Assembly (NCBI GenBank): GCA_047602405.1
Contig: JASGHJ010000002.1
Location: forward strand, 640,001 to 704,000
DNA length: 64,000 nucleotides
Origin: Anaeromyxobacteraceae bacterium
GTDB taxonomy: Bacteria; Myxococcota; Myxococcia; Myxococcales; Anaeromyxobacteraceae
Reading direction: 5' to 3'
Under the pieces are notes generated by a model. It searched no databases, was not told the origin of the DNA, and saw only the letters and a list, made by a program, of their open reading frames with translations. Made by a program: the position numbers and the translations under genes. Within the stretch, counting starts at the first letter, position 1; each line of letters starts with the position of its first letter. Shown piece by piece: positions 59,210-64,000 of the stretch.

Positions 59210-60091
59210 TCAGCCCAGGACCGGCACCGCGCGGGCGCGCTCCCTCGCCTCGCCCATGCGGCCGAGCGTCGCGCCCCCCACGCCCTCGACGGCGATCGAC
59301 CCGGCCGCCGCGCCGAGGCGCGCGGCCTCCACCGGATCGGCGCCCTCGGCCGCCGCGAGGAGCCAGCCCGCGGCGAAGGCGTCGCCGGCGCCGGTCGGAT
59401 CGACCTCGCGCGCGGGGAACGCGCCGACGCGCACGGCCCGGCCACCGGCGTGGACCTCGCAGCCGCGCGCGGCGCGGGTGAGCACGACCACCGGCACGGC
59501 GGCCCGGAGCCGCTCGACGAGGTCGCCCTGGCCGGCGAGGTCGTCCTCGCCCACGAACGCGACGCCCACGCCGTCGAGGTCGCGCGGCGCCCACGCCGGC
59601 TGCAGCACCGTGCCGTCCGGCGCGAGCCGCCGCAGGAGCCCCTGGACCCCGAGGCCGACCACCCGCGCCTCGACGGCCTCGACCCAGCGCGCCGGCACGA
59701 GCTCGTCGAGCACCGGCGCGAGGTGCAGCACGTCCACGCGCCGCCACCCGGGCTCCGGCGGGAGCGCGCCGGGCGAGAGCGGCGGGGCGGTGGCGAGCAC
59801 GCGCTGGCGGCGCCGGCCGTCCGGGCCGTGCACGTTCTCGAAGATCGTGGTCGCAGGCGAGGCGGCGACCGCGGCGGGCACGCCGAGGAGCGCGTCCGCC
59901 GGGTGGTCGGGGCCGGCGGCGGTCGCGAGGCGCGGGGACGCGCCGAGCGCGAGGAGCGCGCGGGCGGCGAACCAGGCCGAGCCGCCGGGGACGAGGCCGT
60001 CGCCGCGCCGGTCGAGCGTCACGTGGCCCACGTGCAGGCTGGTGATGGGCGCGCCGGTGATGGACAGGCCGGTGATGGACACGGTCGTCAC
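59210..60091 (-). CDS. PfkB-family carbohydrate kinase
   Basis: VGHVTLD, PGGSA, VDPTGAGDAFAAG. Confidence 0.88.
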   Translation of the reverse strand: MTTVSITGLSITGAPITSLHVGHVTLDRRGDGLVPGGSAWFAARALLALGASPRLATAAGPDHPADALLGVPAAVAASPATTIFENVHGPDGRRRQRVLATAPPLSPGALPPEPGWRRVDVLHLAPVLDELVPARWVEAVEARVVGLGVQGLLRRLAPDGTVLQPAWAPRDLDGVGVAFVGEDDLAGQGDLVERLRAAVPVVVLTRAARGCEVHAGGRAVRVGAFPAREVDPTGAGDAFAAGWLLAAAEGADPVEAARLGAAAGSIAVEGVGGATLGRMGEARERARAVPVLG

Positions 60092-60747
60092 GGCAGGAAC
60101 CTCAGCACCCGCGCGGCGCGGACGTCGGCGTCCTCGATGGCGGTCGTGGTGGGGACCTCGTAGGTGGCGAGCACCTCGAACCCGTCCGCGGGCGCGTAGT
60201 GCCGGCCGGCGTCGCCCGCGAGCACGAGCACGCCCGCCCCGGCGAGCGCGCGGAACCACGCCGCCGACCGCTCCGCGAGCGGCCGCTCGTAGAAGACGTC
60301 GCCCGCGAGCAGCACCTCGCAGCCGGGGAGCGGCGCGCCGATGGGGTCGCCGCCGCGGAACTCGAGCGCGAGGCCGTTCAGGGCGGCGTTCACCGAGAGC
60401 ACCGCCTCGCAGGCGGGGTCGTGGTCGAGCGCGATCACCGAGGCGGCCCCCGCCCGCGCCGCCGCGAGCCCGCAGAGGCCCGAGCCGGCCGCGAAGTCGA
60501 AGACCGCGCGCCCGCGCACGAGCGCCGGCCGGTCGAGCACGAGCCGCGCGAGCGCCTGCCCGCCGGCCCAGGGGAACGCCCAGAAGGGCGCGTCGTCCCA
60601 CCCCGCGAGTTCCTCGGACGTCGCGTGCCAGAGCGCGGTCGCCTCGGTCGCCTGCTGCACGAGGAGCTCGGGGCAGAGCGGGACCGGCGCGGGCGCCGTG
60701 CGGCGCCTGACGAACTCGACCAGCTCCTCGCGCGTGCGCGTGGTCAC
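60088..60747 (-). CDS. Class I SAM methyltransferase (protein lysine / nicotinamide N-methylase-like)
   Basis: PFWAFPWAGGQALAR, DFAAGSGL, AGDVFYE. Confidence 0.88.
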   Translation of the reverse strand: MTTRTREELVEFVRRRTAPAPVPLCPELLVQQATEATALWHATSEELAGWDDAPFWAFPWAGGQALARLVLDRPALVRGRAVFDFAAGSGLCGLAAARAGAASVIALDHDPACEAVLSVNAALNGLALEFRGGDPIGAPLPGCEVLLAGDVFYERPLAERSAAWFRALAGAGVLVLAGDAGRHYAPADGFEVLATYEVPTTTAIEDADVRAARVLRFLP

Positions 60748-60812
60748 CGGAGGGAGTGTAGCCTTGCGCCCGCCCCGGCGGCGATGGAGGATGCCCCCGG
60801 GAGGGATGCCAC

Positions 60813-61190
60813 ATGCCCAACGGAAACGAGCGCCGACGCTTCTCCCGGATCGTCTTCCACCGCCCGGCCGAGGTGGAGGTGCGGGGGCGGCACGTGCGGG
60901 GTGAGCTGCTCGACGTGTCGCTGAAGGGCGCGCTCGTGCAGGTCGGCGCCGGGGTCGGCCTCCCGGTCGGCACCTCCTGCTCCGTCTCGATCCACCTCGA
61001 CGACGGCGGCGCCATCATCCGCATGGAGGGCGAGGTCGCCCACGTGCAGGGGCTGCACGTCGGCATCCGCTGCGACGAGATCGACCTCGAGAGCATCGGC
61101 CACCTGCGCCGGCTCGTGGAGCTCAACCTCGGCGACGACGAGGTGCTGCACCGGGAGCTCGGCGCGCTCGTCGCCGAGCGGGACTTCTGA
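60813..61190 (+). CDS. PilZ-domain c-di-GMP receptor
   Basis: ERRRFSR and DVSLKG motifs; HLRRLVELNLGD. Confidence 0.92.
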   Translation: MPNGNERRRFSRIVFHRPAEVEVRGRHVRGELLDVSLKGALVQVGAGVGLPVGTSCSVSIHLDDGGAIIRMEGEVAHVQGLHVGIRCDEIDLESIGHLRRLVELNLGDDEVLHRELGALVAERDF

Positions 61191-61191
61191 G

Positions 61192-62235
61192 CTACTTCGC
61201 GGGGGCGGGCTTCGGCTTCGGGTGCATCTCGCGCAGCTTCGCGCAGGGATCCGGGCGCTCGGCCCCGGGCGTGAAGATGACGTAGTCGAAGGGCAGGCCG
61301 CCGGCGGTCCCCCAGTCGACGACGTAGTCCTTCGGCTGCGGGCGGCCGGACTCGACCTCGAGGATGCCGACCGAGACGACCCGCCGCCCCGGCGCGTCCT
61401 TCGCGAGGACCGCCGGCACGCCGCGGTCGTTGCGGGCGTGGCCGTTGCCGGTCACCAGGATCGCGCCCGCGGCGCCGGTGGCCTCGAGCGTGAGCGCCAT
61501 CTGCGCGTCGCGCGCGCGCTGCGCGAGCGCCATCGGGTCGAGCAGCGGCTCGGGCAGCACGTTGCAGTGGCTCGTGCGCATCTCCTCGCGGAGCTCCTTC
61601 ACGACCGGCTCGGGCAGCGGCTCGTCGCGGGAGAGCCGCGCGCGGATCGCCTCCGGGAGCCCGTCCTTGCCCTGCTTCACGGCCGCCTTGGCGAGCGGCT
61701 TCGGGAGGTTCGCGGCCTTCACCGGCATCCCGGCGTCGAGCGCGGCGACGAGGATCGGGCGGTACATGACGAACTCCGGCCAGCCCGACTCGTCCCACTT
61801 CACGGCCTTCGCGAACGCGTCGGCGCTCCGCGGGTCCGCCGCGAGGGCGCGGTCCACCTCCGGCTGCACGTCGGCGTCGAGCATCTCCATCGCGAGCGCC
61901 GGCTTCTTCCCGGCCGCCGAGGCCGCGCGCACGAGGCGGGCCTGCAGGAGGTGCGCGTCCGGGTTGTCGTGCACCTCGCCGAGCAGCACGAAGTCCGAGC
62001 CCGCGACCGCCGAGGCGAGGAACCCCTCGTCGGCGAAGACCTGCCGCTTCACGTCCCAGATGCGCCCCGCGAGCGGGTGCGAGCGCTGGCGGGTGGCGAG
62101 CCACTCGCGCCCCGGTGCGATGGGCTGGGCGACGAGCTGCGCGATCGGCGGGTGCGCCGCGGGGTGGGCCCCGGCGCAGGCGGTGACGAGCGAGCACAGC
62201 AGGAGCGGGAGCGCGGGGGCGGGCGTGCGGGTCAC
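61192..62235 (-). CDS. ChaN-family lipoprotein
   Basis: Lipobox VTAC; VLLGEVHDNP, LAMEM, YRPI, SHC, QRARD..MA, GNGH. Confidence 0.85.
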   Translation of the reverse strand: MTRTPAPALPLLLCSLVTACAGAHPAAHPPIAQLVAQPIAPGREWLATRQRSHPLAGRIWDVKRQVFADEGFLASAVAGSDFVLLGEVHDNPDAHLLQARLVRAASAAGKKPALAMEMLDADVQPEVDRALAADPRSADAFAKAVKWDESGWPEFVMYRPILVAALDAGMPVKAANLPKPLAKAAVKQGKDGLPEAIRARLSRDEPLPEPVVKELREEMRTSHCNVLPEPLLDPMALAQRARDAQMALTLEATGAAGAILVTGNGHARNDRGVPAVLAKDAPGRRVVSVGILEVESGRPQPKDYVVDWGTAGGLPFDYVIFTPGAERPDPCAKLREMHPKPKPAPAK

Positions 62236-62282
62236 GTCCCGACCTTAGCGCAGGTCGGGCCGGCGCGCCGCTCCCCGGAGCA

Positions 62283-63365
62283 TCACCGCGCGAAGCGGAT
62301 CGGCATCGTCACCCACATGCGCGCGGGCTTGCCCTGGGCGTCGGCGCCCGGGGTGAACGCGCACTTGCGCACGGCCGTCTCGAGCATCTCCGGCAGGCGC
62401 GGGTCCGGGACGTCGCCCATGATCTGGAAGAGCGACACGTCGCCGTCCGGCCCCACCGCGAAGCGGATCGTCACCGGTCCGTCGAGGCGCTCGGCGAGGT
62501 CGCGGGGCGGCCGGATGGACCGCTGCACGCAGCCGGGCTCGGTCATGGTGGGCCGGCGGTAGCCCTCGGTCGCGTAGCGGGGCGCGTCCTCGATGGCCGA
62601 CGGCGCCGAGGAGACCGCGGGCGGCGGGGGCGGCGAGGTGATCGCGGCGGGCGCGCGCTGCGGAGGCGCCGCCGGGATCGCCGCGGGCTGCGCGGCGGGC
62701 GCCGGCGTGGGCGCGGGCGGCGCGGCGGCGACCTGGACGGCGGGCTCGCGGCCGCGGGTCGGGCGCGGAGGAGGGACGGTGCGCCGCTCGGCGCGGGGCT
62801 CGGGCTTCGCGCTGACGGTGCGGGCCTGGGTCTCCGGAGTGGCCGCGGCCGCCGGCACGATGGGGGCCGGCTCGGGGGCGGCGGCGGGCGCGGGCGGCTG
62901 CTGGGCCGGGGCGGGGGCGGCCGCGACCGGCGGGGACGCGGGCGCGGACGCCGCCGTCTCGTCGCCGCCGCGGGAGAAGAAGACGCCCACGAGGATCAGC
63001 ACGACGCAGGCCACGCCGACCCAGAGGACGATGGGCAGGATCGACTTCGCCGAGCCCGGCACCTCCTTCGGCGCGACCGCCGCGAACGCGGGGGCGCTCT
63101 TCGACGTCGTCCGGCGGCGCGGCGCCCCGGGGGCGGGGGTCGCCTGCGGGGCGCCGACGTCCTTGCCGGCGTCGCCGAGGTCGAGGTCGAGGTAGCCGCC
63201 GGGCGGGGCCTCGGCGGAGGGCTCCACCTCGGTCGCGACCTGGCCCGCCGGCGCGGGGAGGGGCGGCACCCGGAAGCCCGCCGGCACGTGGCCGCACCGG
63301 GGGCAGGCGCCGCTCGCCAGCCGCTCTCCCGTGAAGCCACAGTTGTCGCAATTGAAGGATGCCAT
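62283..63365 (-). CDS. TonB-C-terminal-domain protein with N-terminal zinc ribbon
   Basis: CDNC..CPRC, TM, Pro/Ala linker, GPVTIRFAVGPDGDV...AVRKCAFTPG...GKP. Confidence 0.8.
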   Translation of the reverse strand: MASFNCDNCGFTGERLASGACPRCGHVPAGFRVPPLPAPAGQVATEVEPSAEAPPGGYLDLDLGDAGKDVGAPQATPAPGAPRRRTTSKSAPAFAAVAPKEVPGSAKSILPIVLWVGVACVVLILVGVFFSRGGDETAASAPASPPVAAAPAPAQQPPAPAAAPEPAPIVPAAAATPETQARTVSAKPEPRAERRTVPPPRPTRGREPAVQVAAAPPAPTPAPAAQPAAIPAAPPQRAPAAITSPPPPPAVSSAPSAIEDAPRYATEGYRRPTMTEPGCVQRSIRPPRDLAERLDGPVTIRFAVGPDGDVSLFQIMGDVPDPRLPEMLETAVRKCAFTPGADAQGKPARMWVTMPIRFAR

Positions 63366-63570
63366 CGCTGCCCCTGGGCCCGGGACGCGCGCGCCTTCCC
63401 AGCGGCGCGTTCGCCTGTCCGTGTACCTCAACGTTCTACCGGATCGCGCAGGCCGTTGCGATGTGGGCAGCCGGGTGCCTGGATACGGCCGATACCGGCT
63501 TTTGCTGCCGCGTCCCTCGACCGTGTGGCAGAATCCGCCCCCGTCTCTTGAGACCAAGGAGCATCAGACC

Positions 63571-64000
63571 GTGAACCGGAACGTCGTCATCGCCCTCGTG
63601 GCCGGCCTGCTGGCAGGCCTCGCCGTCGGCTACTCCATCGGCAGCAGCGTCTCCCAGTCCTCCGCTCCGGTGGTCGCGGCGCCGACCGCGGCGCCGATCC
63701 CGAACCCCCCGCCGCCCGGCATGGGCGGCGGCATGGGCCAGATGCCCCCGGGCATGCCCGGGCAGGGCGGCCAGCCCGACCTCCTCGCGCGCATCGCGCA
63801 GCACGAGGGGATCGTGAAGCAGGATCCGAAGAACGCCTCGGCCTGGATCCAGCTCGGGAACGACTACTTCGACACGCACCAGGCCCAGAAGTCGATCGAC
63901 GCCTACGCGAAGGCGCTCGCGCTGCAGCCCAACAACCCGGACGTGCTCACCGACCAGGGGATCATGTACCGGGAGGCGAAGCAGTTCGAGCAGGCCGCGA
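63571..64000 (+). CDS. Membrane-anchored TPR protein; runs off the window edge
   Basis: Own translation: TM, Pro/Gly/Met linker, DPKNASAWIQLGNDYFD..KSIDAYAKALALQPNNPDVLTDQGIMYR; AAGGAG RBS. Confidence 0.85.
   Translation, partial: MNRNVVIALVAGLLAGLAVGYSIGSSVSQSSAPVVAAPTAAPIPNPPPPGMGGGMGQMPPGMPGQGGQPDLLARIAQHEGIVKQDPKNASAWIQLGNDYFDTHQAQKSIDAYAKALALQPNNPDVLTDQGIMYREAKQFEQAA

Overview
Very GC-rich bacterial chromosomal segment, most consistent with an Anaeromyxobacter-like Myxococcota genome (inferred from composition and gene content). It holds about 55 mostly housekeeping or metabolic genes and no recognisable rRNA, tRNA, CRISPR array, prophage or transposase. Contents: a pentaheme MtrC/OmcA-like lipoprotein, an ArsR-like/SRPBCC/hemerythrin cluster, an Mla/Mce operon, 2-oxoacid:ferredoxin oxidoreductase, purT, rmuC, pntAB, treS/malQ, a glyoxylate-shunt locus with its RamB/ScfR regulator, rsmE, trmJ, ppk2, an FAD/Fe-S lactate dehydrogenase, ChaN and a TonB-like protein. 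Main observations: (1) one reading frame fusing malate synthase, isocitrate lyase and a C-terminal hemerythrin-like domain; (2) PafBC/RecA-NDp-like promoters (TGTCnG-N10-[TC]AGGAT) ahead of two DNA-metabolism genes, an HNH nuclease and rmuC; (3) about 13 single-base frameshifts, 10 of them at GATC or GCTCTTC, probably a methylation-linked basecalling footprint rather than pseudogenes; (4) pervasive leaderless promoter architecture; (5) a covarying palindromic repeat family that supplies the stop codon of two genes; (6) an unannotated 59-aa protein with a TonB-box-like motif. All family assignments come from motif recognition, not database searches.
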